The translations under genes were made by a program, and so were the position numbers. Under the pieces are notes generated by a model. The model did not search any database. It was not told the DNA's origin and was given only the letters and a program-made list of their open reading frames with translations. From Sphagnum compactum (lineage: Eukaryota): DNA of 64,000 bases. Position 1 is the first letter of the stretch, and each line of letters begins with the position of its first letter. Shown here piece by piece: positions 25,741-38,189 of the stretch. The DNA is taken from NCBI GenBank assembly GCA_965153455.1, contig OZ234493.1:10096213-10160212 (forward strand). The letters run 5' to 3'.

Positions 25741-28700
25741 CAGCAGCCCATCGCGGCGCCACAATTGCGTAAGAGAAGACGGAGATTTCGGTCTTGTTCG
25801 TTTTTTATTTGTGTTTTCTTTCTCTTATCGTCGGTGATTTTTCAACACTTTCCTGCACATTTAAAACCAAGATTTCAGACCTAGTTTAGGGATTAGGGAC
25901 CATTTGTCCGGTGGTTGAGTCTTAGGCTATATGTATGCTTGAGACTCCATCTTCGGTTTTCCTACCATTTCTGTCTTTGGATGTGGCTCTGGTAAAAGAG
26001 CTGACCGAACGCAACATGGCTCTGCCAGGATGCAGCAGCACCTTGTCCAGGTAATAAGACGGTGGTTTCCTCTGCTTTGGTTGCTTTTTGCAATGGGTTG
26101 AAAGCCTCAAATCTGATTTGTTACTTTTTGGATCTGCTTGCCAATTAGACAAATCTCTCTCTTCACAACCAATCATGGCCAGCTATGTGGTGCCTGAGGC
26201 AGTAAGTACATGGCCATCACTAGTAATTCTACTTCATGGTTTGACAGCTCAGGACCTTGTCATTGTATGAATCCTGCAATCTACAGTTATTTTGATCTGC
26301 TTACATTCTGAAGAATTTGGATTCAGCTGTAAAGAAGAAGATTTGAGGACTGCCTTATGCTGATGAATGCCACGCCTCTTGCATTCCAGTTACATATTAG
26401 CTGCTTAGTGTTACTTATAAATCATGACATTGGCAGGTTACTGCTGGAGTGACATCATATGTGTCTGTTGCAAGAGGATTGTGAGGTGGAAATCTGGCCG
26501 ACTGATATTCCTCGTTGGGGGTCTTCCATTTCTGACAAGTACCTGAGCAGAATTCCACTTTGGTTGTCTCTGAAGATTTCACATGATGTCCTCCACATAC
26601 CTGCAATTTTTATATATCCTTTTGTGATGTTATGCATTTGCAGCTGTAGATAACTTGTCTTTAATGACATGTCTTTTGATGCAGAAATTGGATGCAAACT
26701 TAATAAAAACTTGATACTGCTGCAAATAGTGTTTCCTGTCCCTGTAGGTTACTGTCTCACACAACTTGGCTTGGATTTCACTGTTGGCCAAGAGTATGGA
26801 GTCTTATTTGGTGGCAGAAAAGACAGAACATTTCTGAGGTGATGATTGCCAAGTTATCCTAACATACTGAGACTTAACCAAACACAAAAGCTGTATCAAG
26901 TCTGCCAATCTCCATTTAGAAAGGGCTGAATGTGGAATGATTCTTGGATTTTTTCTCTGTGTGGACAGTTCTGGAAATCTTATGTGAAAAGGCCAATGGT
27001 ATTGGTGGGGCCAATACCATTTGGGGAGCTGCCGTCTGTGGCAGATTTCTTCACTCAGCTGCAGACGGCTTATTGTATTGATCATGTCTGCTCCATAAGT
27101 TATGGTGGTGTATTGCATATTAAGCATCAAGCTGACAGTCCAAGTGGTTGGGACTCTGGGCATCCTTGGAGGTGGTTGATGGTTCCACACTTGTCCATGC
27201 AAGACATTATCTACGACAGCCAACCCTATAGTGGCTGTCACTAGTGAACTGGTTACCAAAGAGAAATGTGGATACCTAGGGATTAGGGGGAAGAACTGGA
27301 AACCATGTTGTCCCTGTTATTGTTGTAGAAATCATGCATCTCTGAGAGGACTCAGTCATGCTTAGATCACAAATTTTTCCTTCTTCTCCTTCTTCTATTG
27401 TATGTTGTCTGAGCAAAGAGACTGCATAGCACAACACTGGTGCTATTTGATGCACGAGCCTGCACTGAAGATGTGGCGAAATGACAACACTGCCAAAGTT
27501 CTTGACCTATGTTAGGGTATGCAATCAAGACTCTGGACTTGTTTTTCAGTTGCAGTTTGTCCACCTTATTTAGTCACCTGGAGATGTCATCTTCTCAGTC
27601 TCTCATTGCACAGCAAAGTGACTAGAAGGTGAAGCAATCACTTGCTTTAAGTTCTTTCACTTTGTTCAGGTGGCTTTTGTTCCCTGATATTGATGTGAAG
27701 AGACTTATTGACCAGGTGTCAGTCCTGAAGAGTATGCCTCTATGCAAATACCTTCATTTGACAGTGCAAACTACTCTGTGAGCCTCTGTAAATCATCTGA
27801 GCAAAGAAGTATGCTCTTACAGAGTTCAAGGGTTGGCATTCTTTTCAGAGGCACCTATATGTGGACATGTGAAGCTTAACAGTTTCCAGGAAGCAAAACC
27901 CTTATAGGCATTCAGGAAGCAGAACCCTTTACAGGCAATCAGCATTCGACCCACAGGAAAGGTATGAGGCTTTTTGAACAGACTTAGACCATAAAATATC
28001 ATCCCACCCCTTATAGCCTTCAAGCTATCAGAGTGCAATGAAGAGTTGACTGAATGATGCTCTAAGCACTCTGGAGTGCCTCTGTAAAAGTCCCCTACGT
28101 CCTAAGCACCAATCACTCCTGAGCTTGGTTCAAAGCACTTTGGTGGAATTTCATGATTTAGAACATGAATATATGTTCTTTGTTTCGTTGTTATTCAGGT
28201 CTCATAAGAATGTGAGCAGAAAACACTAACAAAAGCTTTGGATTTGCAATGCTGCTCTACATATGCTATATCAGCCATTAGTATGTGCCTGGTTGGAAGA
28301 TGATCTGAAATAGTGAATCTTCGGGGTATGTTTTTATTATGTCCATGACATGAGGTGGTTTTCTTCAGGGCAAATCACAAGAATTATATCCTAATCACAA
28401 CAGCTAGATGCAATGCTAAGCCTTGGATGTAGCCTCACATGTAGGGAGAGTAGCATGGTCCTGCCTCAGCATACTAGACTCTCAAGCAGAGATCCTATGA
28501 CAAACAACAGGTTGAAATCCTCACTGATGGACTAAGCTTGAAAAAAAACATCATCAATCTGAACACACCAGAGAAATTTGGGCGAAAGATCTGACATTTT
28601 TGCAGTATGTTCCACAATTACCATAAGGATTATTACTGTTCCAAAATGCACTTCCAACTGTAAGTCTCCTTGTACCTACAGAGAGATGGCAGTACCAGAG

Positions 28701-29070
28701 GATGGGGATCTGAGTTCCTTGTCCTTGCAGGATTGTCTGTTTTCTTATTTCTTGGGAAGGAGTTCTCAAGCAGTTGCACTAGATTTGGTTGGCCTCACCA
28801 ATGTACATTAATTTGACTCCTTCAAACTTTGAGTCATATTTTGTGATGCATTCTGACCTATCCAAGTCTGCTTCATAACGACCACCTGGCTCCCTACCAA
28901 CTCATTTGCAATTGGCATTGCAATGAGAGTTTAAAAGACACAAATGCCAAGAGAAATCAAAGAGTCAAGAAGTTACTCACTATTTGCAACATCTGGACAA
29001 GGAAGCGAGCAAAGTCTTAGTGAGGATTTATATGCTCCCGACAAAATACTCAGGGAGGACTCCATGGAAG

Positions 29071-29361
29071 CAGTGATTATTTTAAGGATATTGTGATGTA
29101 CCCAAAATGGCGATCATCCAAAAAATAATTTAGCCAAAATTTGGCCACATGCTAGATATGAAAGTAGAAAAAAACCAGAATCATTTCTATATTCTTGGCT
29201 ACCTACTGGAACTTATCATAAAAAATTGGCGATTTGGAATTTTTTCTCATTTGAAATCTGGCGGATCTGGACAAAATTTTCCATGAAAAATCCTTTGGTT
29301 AGGTCGAAATCATATTTTCCAAGTCAAAGTTTGGCGAAAATTTCCGATAAACAAAGTACTG
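29071..29361. mobile_element. hAT-type MITE, 291 bp
   Basis: Ends CAGTG and TACTG; flanking 8-mers CATGGAAG (29063-29070) and TATGGAAG (29362-29369) match 7/8. Confidence 0.75.
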
Positions 29362-29882
29362 TATGGAAGATGTTGTAATATAAGGTAGTGGATTTCACAG
29401 CATAAACTTGGCTGATACTTAGTCTTACAGCAACATAGTTATCTCTGAAGTCACCCTCAAATCCCCATTTTCAAACCCACAATGGAATGAATTGGGTTCT
29501 AAGAAGAACTTAATGAAATTGGGTATGATTTCACTATAATTGAAAGGCTTCATTCTAACAATAGTTTATTTCATTAAGAGTTTATGATGCACTTGAGGCA
29601 GCAGTAAAGCTTTAATTTAAGACTGGGAGTGACAGTCTTGGGAGGACCAATTTAAGTGACAAGATGAAGTTTGAAGTCCCTTACATTTTGTTTTTGCACT
29701 TGATTCATCTTCACTTTTGATTGGATCCCCAATTTGGTGAAACTGAGTCTATGGTATTGAGTCAGTGGCTGAAGTTCCACCTTGGTAACCTATCCTGTAA
29801 ACCCTCCTACTTCCCCCTTCCCCTACATAGGTAACCAAATATATAAGTGGGTAATAAGTATCATATGTAAGTAGGTATTTAA

Positions 29883-32800
29883 CAGTGTTGGGTGGGCCTT
29901 AGTTTTTTAGAGACCCACCGGGGTTTGGATTTCAGAAGCTTTTCTAATACCTGACCCGGTTCTTTTATTATTATTATTTTTTTTTTAAAAAGCAGACCTC
30001 AGAAGGGATTCAAAGACGTTTTTAAAAACATTCTCGGGGTTTCAAAGTCCCAGTTCTTAGACACTTCATACCGACGTTTTCAAAGGTGGTTCTTAGACAA
30101 AAGGTTTCAAAAGTTTTGTTATTTCGAACATTGAATTCCTTTTTCCTTTGCTTTTAAAATTATTACAAAACATCAAAATCATGAAATTTGCGAACATTTT
30201 ATATGTTCAAAAGTTCATCCCTGTCAAAAAAAAATCTTCAAATTTTTAAAACTCTTCTTCAAAATCTAAATCCTTTTCAATGAGCTCCATCAATTGAAAG
30301 ATGGTTTATAATCAATTCTAAAATCATTGGCCCATTTTTACTCATAAATATTAATTTCTCTAAATTTTCTGATTGTAAATGACATCTCTTCAAGTTTATA
30401 AATATCCCCACTATAGAAAAATTCTTTTAGTCTTAATTTGTGACCCAACAATCCCTAGGATTTGCTAGGCCAAAAAATCAATAGTAAAAAACATGGCTTC
30501 ATGTTTTGCCCACCATTGAAGAGGGCACTTGGATTCCTTGGAATTCAACTTGGTAACACATGAATATCAACATTTCCCTAGTGACAAGTTCATGGCTAGC
30601 TCACTTGTGTTGGGAGTTTGTTCAAAAATATCCAAATCAGATTCTACGTCTCCTATTTGATTTGCACATACAACTTTTGATTCTACCATTGAATGTAAAT
30701 AATGATAGCATTTCAAAACTGTAGGATATAATGATCATCTCATATTCTTCAACAATGTTCACCCCTTGTTCACAACCAATAAAAGAAAACATTAAACGAA
30801 AGCTTTTAAATCTTCGGTCTAACATTAAATATAACACATTATGGGATTTTTTCTCTTCATATCTTTTTTTTAAAAAAAGGAACAATTCTAGAACATCACA
30901 AACCTCCTTTTTGATATTGATAGCAAACAAAGTTAACTCAAAGGCAATTCCAAAATCATCATCAATCAAATTAACTTGGGCAAGTGGGTTTGTAATTTCT
31001 TCCCTGCATTTTAAGCACATGATAATGGCATATTGCAATGCATCAAACAATACGTAGTGGTTATTAAACTAGTTCAAAACACATGCACTCCTAACATGAG
31101 AAAAAAAATCTGCAATTATTTGAGATATGTGCCAAGTAAGAAGAGGAGGCACCCTACCACTGATTATGACAATATTTTGCTTGCTATAACAAAGGATAAT
31201 AACATCCTTGAATTGCAAGGCCTCTTGGAATATAATGATTTTATTAGCAAACTTGCAAACAAAATTAAACAAACTATACTATGTATCAAACAAGCATAAT
31301 TGAGTAACAAATAAATAACTAATAATTCTTTTTTGGGTAAAAGATCAAAATTTCACCTTGTCTCCATAGAAATAAATCAAAGATTTTTGCAAACCTTTAA
31401 ATTAGTTATAGCATATTGATATGCTTTAAAAAAAGCATGGCCAAAACAAGTGCCTTGAAAATTTTCATTTAAATCTATAACTTCACATTTAACAATTGAT
31501 TTCAAGGTAGTTGTCATTGTAATTAAATTTGACCTTTCATCTTTCATATATGCAATAATTTTTTTCTCAATCCATATTGATCAAAAAATTTGTTAGATTA
31601 GTGGCCAAGGCTTGATTAGTAGTTTTTGTTAGTTGTCTTTCAAATTTACTTTTTACCAAAGCATTTACTTCGTCTTCAAAATTTTTAACAATTTTGCACG
31701 ACTACAATCCACATGTTTTTTTTAAGTTGTTATACCACATGTTTAAAAATATGTTATAAGTTTTTTTCTTTCTTTAGTATTTGGATTAAGTGCATACACT
31801 TGATTGTTGTAACAATAAACACATCTCATGACTTGAAGATACACAAGATCAACTTCTTTATCATCATTTACATAATAAAAAAGCCCAACAAATTGCATTC
31901 ACATTATGTCCTTTCCAATTTTTCTTTTAAGTATGCCATGTTTGAAAGGTTCTTTCCATTTCATTGTTTTCATTAAGGTTTGTTATTTCTTCTGTTGTAT
32001 TTTGTTCTGTTTGAAGGTGGTTCATAATTTGATCTTGCATATGCCATTCATTTAAACCAATTTCATTTTCACCATCAATTATCATCACATTTTCATTTTG
32101 ACTTATTTCCATTTATTACAAAAGATTAGATAGGTTGGAAGAAAAATTAGGCATAAGTATGAAATTTACCAAAATTAAGGGTTTTAATTTTGATGTCTAA
32201 TCTATCCAAAAAAAAAATCAAACAAAAAATACAAGCAATTAAAACATTACAAAAAAAAATCTACAAGTAATTACAAGAAAAAAAAATAATTACAAGAATT
32301 TATAAGATTTATAAGATTATTGGTATAAAAGATAAAAGATGTGAAAAAAAAGTTTAATGTGAAAATTTTGTGTAAGTATGCTTCTAGTCCTGCACATGAA
32401 AAAACACACATTATATCAAATAGTTATGATTATATTCTAAAAGATGTCTAATTAAAATAAGAATAGATAATCAAAACACACATTTGAAATAAAATTACAA
32501 CAACAAAAATTGAAGAAAGTAACAAAAAAATTAAGAAAAAAATACCTTGTTATTGAGGAATATTGGAAGATGTGTGTTATCAAATAAATTATAATTTCTA
32601 AACTTGCACACTTGCAAAGAAAAACATAAGGAAGAGGTACCAATTTGGAATCCCAAGGAGCACCAACAAGGGGGCATCGACGAACAACAATAGAACATGT
32701 CAAAGGAGTGTCGATGAACATTAAGGGTTAGAGAGGTACCTAAGCACCAACAATAATAAGGGGGCGTTGAAGAGAGCCAACAAAACATAATAAAGGGGGT

Positions 32801-33763
32801 GCCAACCATTCTAATAAAACACAACAAACAAGTGCCAACGAGCACCAATAGAACGCAACAGAGACATGTTGACAAGCACTCACATAACACAACAAGGGGG
32901 CAATGATGAGCATTAAAATAATGTAGCAAAGGGGTGTTAATGAACACCAATAAAATGCATCAAGGGAGTGACAACAAACATCAATAGAACGCAACAAAGG
33001 GGGTGACGACAAGCACCAACAGAGCCCAACAAGGGAATGTTAATGAACATCGACAAAGCATAGCAAGGGAATGCTGACGAGCACTAACAAAACATAGTAA
33101 TGGTGCTGATAAACACCAATAAAGCACATCAAAGGAATGTTGACGGGTAACAACAAAGCACATAAATGGAGTGCTCACCGTTGGTGAACAACAACAAAAC
33201 ATAATGAACACCAACAGAACATACAAAGGTTCGAGCATTGACAAGCAACAACATAACACAACAAGGGAATGCCGAGAAATACCAACAGAACACATCAAGG
33301 AACTATGCAATAAAGTATGCAAGTAAAATCCAAACAATGAACATTAATTAAGCAAAACAAAAAAATAACTATAGGTCTCAAGCACACAAAACACTCTCCT
33401 TATTTATAAGGAGAGTGAGGAGAGGAAAAAAGGTTAGGGGTTAGGGGCGGCTTTGCCTTTGCGGCATTTGTAACTTGGAACCTTAATTAAAAAATAAATT
33501 TAACCCTACCTCCTACCTACCATTAATTTACTAACTATTAACACCTAACATTTGACCCTGTTAAATTTTAATACCTTGACAGGGTATCTTATTTTTTTTT
33601 TAAAATGCAAGGGTTTCAAATGGGCGATTTTTAGTCTAGTGAGACCTTTTAAAAAGGTTTCAAAAAAGGTATCACCCTTTATGAGACCTTGATTTATTCA
33701 AGGTGAGAATCCATTTGAAACCTTGGCCAATTTTCACCTTTTTTTTGAGACCCGCCAACATTG
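29883..33763 (-). mobile_element. Full-length but decayed hAT DNA transposon, 3.88 kb
   Basis: TIRs CAGTGTTGGGTGGG and CCCGCCAACATTG; perfect 8-bp TSD GTATTTAA at 29875-29882 and 33764-33771. Transposase fragments on the minus strand, including LMLDRRFKS (30637-31050) and the dimerisation domain KCPLQWWAKHEAMF..QILGIVGSQIKTKRIFS..ENLEKLIF (about 30330-30530). Confidence 0.92.
32655..33305. repeat. Degenerate tandem array of about 34-bp units (AAGGGAGTGTTGACGAGCACCAATAGAACACAAC-like), roughly 18 copies, inside the hAT
   Basis: AAGGG..TG...GA.AAGCACCAA.A.AAC blocks recur with a period of about 34 bp. Confidence 0.8.
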
Positions 33764-36700
33764 GTATTTAAGTGGTTCTCCATCTAGGTAAGTATGTAAA
33801 ACAACAACAAAGTAAGTAGATGCAAGTACATAGCTTGCCACCATGGTTGGCTTTGGAACAAGAAAATAATGAAAAAATATTTCTTGTCTACACCAACTCC
33901 TAAACTTATAAATGCAAAAATAATGCAACATTGATCCCTTTTCTCCCATTAGCAACTTCACTTTGACATCGTGTTAAAAATTGACCATGAAATAATGAGA
34001 AAACAAGGACAAGAAAACATAGGTTTATTATAAATTTTCCACACAACCTTAGGATTGCACAAATTGCTACAAACTTTTATGATGCAACCACAAGCTTTGG
34101 ACCATATTCTAAGTGAACATCTCATGCAAAAGTATCACATGCAATAAAATACTCTAATCATAACCAAGATATCTCATAGTGTGACTTGGACTTGTGTCTG
34201 GTTTTTTTTGCTATGTGAACAAGGATCAAATTAGGGTGGGATGAAGATATGACCTAAAGGATGAAGTGCTGCGTGGATTTGGACTGGCAAAAAGTGCCAA
34301 AGGACAAGATGATTGATCATCATGGAACTTGAAGGGAGCCACAAGACTTCCATTCCTTTTTTTCTATTTTTGATGTTGTTTGCAAGTTATGGATTTTAGT
34401 TTTGCATTTTTCATTGTTTGGGTGGCGTTCGGTGTTGATTGATTGGAGTTTTACGCTACATTTGGAGGTTATGCTTTTGGGGGAGTGTGAATGTGCAACA
34501 TAAGGAGGAGCTTATATGACGAACAAGCTAAGTTTTGAGTCTTGCATTTGTTTTGGTGGAGTATAACATTTTTTTGGCTTGATTGTTTTGATGGTTTTTG
34601 AAGGATTTTATTTCCAGTTCTTTGTGTTAGGGATGAATGCTTGAACATTTGCAGGACTTGTTGGTTAAGAGCTTTGTATCTTTGTTGCGCAATAACTTTC
34701 AAAAGGTAGTCAAGCTACATGCATAGAATAGGGATTAATTAAAGAAGACAATGATGCTCTGAAGGGGTGTCAAGAGCAACCTTTATGGCAATATGTTGCT
34801 TGTGATAGACTTGAGGGAAAGGAATCAAGCTTACAATTTGTTGAAAGAGAGGGATGGGTGTATTGCCATAAAACGATTAGTGGGCTCATGAGAGAGAAAC
34901 CAAAGGGATCTAATTCCTTATGATCCGTAGATATTATGATAGGTCTTACAATTGATGCTACAAGTTGTATAGAGGACTTATATGCAATAGTAATTCCATT
35001 GTGTTGTTGTGTTGTGAAATTTCATAGTTATTTGTTTGTTTATGTTCTTAATACATTAGGTCCAGATTCCATTTGCCTTCTCTTTTGGTGACAATAGTTT
35101 CAAACATAGATGCAACCACAAATATCAAAGATGAAAAATTAATTTGGTATGATGTTCATTGGGATCTACTTGCTACCAAACTCAATTAGTCAATTGATTA
35201 AACATTTAATATTCCTCCCTACACAATTGCACCACCTTTTATGCCTTGTGATTCTTGATCTTTGCATAATTATTAATTTTTTTCGTGTAAGATTATAAAT
35301 CAAAGTGGAGGTTTTGGAGAAAGTTTATTGCCATGGCATTCATTTACTAACTCTGACCATGGCAACTACTTCCCCCATAGCCTAACTATTCTTCTCAACC
35401 TAAAAGAAATGTAAGTCAGTAGCCAAAAATAACTAATGAGGTAAGTAACAACCTTGAATATGGCATTATGTTCTCAATTGGTGGTCAAATGGGAACCACA
35501 ATAATAATTATAAAAATATGGATATGTATGTATTTCTCATGTAAGAGAGTGAAGTGCTGTGTTGTGGGTACACACTTCAATGACATATTTCCAGCATATG
35601 ATCACAAGGATATGTTCAGGATATGTGCATGTTCTAGGAGATGCTTCTACTACCCTTTGTTGGGGCAAGTCTTCCTCCATTTATCTTAATGAATAGAGGA
35701 TATGCTGTTGTTGGTGGTTGTCAATTTAACATAATGACTTGACAATAATTTTCTTTGCTCAAATGCCGAATACAATTTTAGCAATTTAAGCATTTGTTTC
35801 TTGATTTTGTGTTTTGATATGTACATTTTGATTTTTACAAACTTCATGTCCAAATGCTTAAATACATTCCTTTTTTCTACTATTCTGTTTTTAATCTTTT
35901 GGCTTTTGATATGTTTAAAATAATTTAAAAATAGTATGAACATCTTATGCAAATGAAGTTGAAAAGGACATTTTTTTTTGTGTAGTCATTGGCAAATTTT
36001 TTATGAACATGTCAAATATTTTCAAACTTTCACGTTTAAAGTCAAGATATAAACTTTATGATGTTTTTATTAAGATTTTTTAACATCCCCAGCTTTGGGA
36101 TGAAACTAACTTGGTTCAAATTGCTAGCCAATGATGTGGTTAATTTCCATCATGTGAGCTTGAAGAGAAACATAGTCTGTTGGATTTCGCACCTGTACAT
36201 CCATAGCATGAAGCAATAAGCTGTGAAGTTTACTGTGCAAGCAAGGATCAGTGCATGCTTAGCTACAATGCAGACTGGCCAGTACATGAAAGGGTAACTT
36301 CCGGATTTCAAACATTTGTCTATCTGTTTCCTGACCAGCACTTTGTAAGTGGCTTGGAGATAAATTCTTCCCTAAAAATAATGTCATAGATGGGTTGTTT
36401 ACTACCGATGTGACCTTGAACCTTCTGCAGCATGCAACACAGGTCAAACTCATCAGCACATGCACGTCAGAAACCCACTTCTTCACAACATTGCCACACA
36501 GACATCCCACATGCAAGGCCATGCATGTTGCACACATGAGGCTTGCACACAATGTATTGCTCATATACATACAGAGAAAATTAAAAGGTGCCATACTGCC
36601 TATTCTGGAGAGGTGTAGAAACAGGCTTTCTAGCCTGCAAGCCCTATGGAATGATAGCAATTGTGCCTCCATTCCCAGGGACTGCCTTTCCAGATTGGTT

Positions 36701-38189
36701 GAATGGTCAGCATGGGTTTAGTTAATCAGGTAGGGTAGGTCTGCTGTTAAGTTCAAGACAATCTTCCTGGAGGATATCACCCATGGAATCCTCCAGGGTG
36801 ATACCTCACATTCAAAGAAATCTCCAAGCAGAGGCTGTGATGTATGGCCTGATATCTCACAAGGAAAGTAACCCATGCAGCAGGGATGGTGATTTGAGAA
36901 GCAAAAGCAGCCAGTAACATTTGAGAGGAGTACCAACCTGCTTTGCCTTTGGTGTAATCTTAACAAAGCTGGACCTGTTGAAGACTATGCAGCTACTCAA
37001 TACAGGTTCAAGGTCACTCCCTGTCTCCTTGATTGATCCTGGGAGGCAAGTCAACACTACTAAAGAACCAGCACTCCTCCCAATCTATCATCATCTTGGG
37101 TATTGACTGCATCGCCTTTAGTAACTCCACCCTCAATATTAGGTGATAAAATTCCTATTAGAAATCATACATCCATGAAATTACAGAGGAGTCTTGAAAA
37201 CCATGATTTGAACCAAACATGACAATGATTGCAGATCATAACTGCTTACAAAGTGTAAGACCATCACCTTCATCACGAATAGAACTGAGGAGCTGCCATG
37301 ACTACCCACTGACTTCATCAGCTCCCAACAGTGGTGGTAGATAAGAATATGTAACAATCTGTCCAAATTTTTTGGCAAACTGTCGTACAAAATCTGCATT
37401 CCAAGTTTCTGTTGCATTTGCAGAAGCAATGGGAAGACTCAGTCATGATGTTGGCTAGCTAGAACTCACAAGAAAATGGAATGTGTGTTAGCAACAACGG
37501 AATATATGCATTTGATAAAAGACTCTAATGGAGTCAAAGAGATTGAGAAGCAGGAAAGATGCCTTACTCCAACGAGAAGGATCTCAGGTAGATCAACCTG
37601 GCTTGACATCAAATGCACACCATCTGCTGCCATCAATCATTCAAATCAACCATCCTGTCATCTATTGCACAATCCACCAGCACCATTTCTCAGTCATGCA
37701 CATCGAATTTATGATACACAGCTTCTCTTTCACTATCTCCAATATGCAATTGAATGTGACTGAACAACTTTGGAGATGTGTAGATTAGGGTTACTGTTTT
37801 GAAGCACACCTGAAGAAAAACCTTTCCATGTACAAAAGACCTCAACCAAGTTGGGCTTCCTCTGATTCAAAACAGCCGCCTTGAAGACATGAATCAGGCA
37901 AGCAAGAAGTTCATGAAGTGGGGGAACCTTGCACCAAAGAACAGGAATGACAATAATGCATGTGTTACTCGCACATGCATTATTGTCATGCGGGTAACAA
38001 GCCCTCACAAGCGCACATGCTCTTCTTACGACTCTTCTTTCCTTGCCTGAAGTCTCTGAAGAAACCCTAAATCTACGAGGGTTGTTTTTGTTCTTGATGG
38101 AACTGGGACTTCCTAGTGAGGATACCAAGAACTAAGGCTAACAGTTGTCTGGTTGTTGAGCTCTTAGTTCCTGAGTTCTGAGCTCGGCA

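Noticed and set aside
26839-26929. Box C/D snoRNA candidate (GTGATGA...CTGA...CTGA)
   Set aside because: No clean terminal stem and no perfect rRNA-complementary guide recognised.
28106-28126. miR390-like target site (..ATCACTCCTGAGCTT) suggesting a TAS3 locus
   Set aside because: No second miR390 site at TAS3-like spacing. The nearby TTCTTGACCT at about 27500 matches tasiARF over only 10 nt, and the region is better explained as ankyrin-relic intron.
32655-33305. CRISPR-like periodic array
   Set aside because: Eukaryotic context, no unique spacers and no cas genes; it is a degenerate minisatellite. The overlapping Cys/Leu-rich ORFs are repeat artefacts.
36150-36700. Apparent minus-strand exons with TGCAG/TACAG acceptors
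   Set aside because: They do not join into an open frame; the plus-strand ankyrin-like reading explains the region better.
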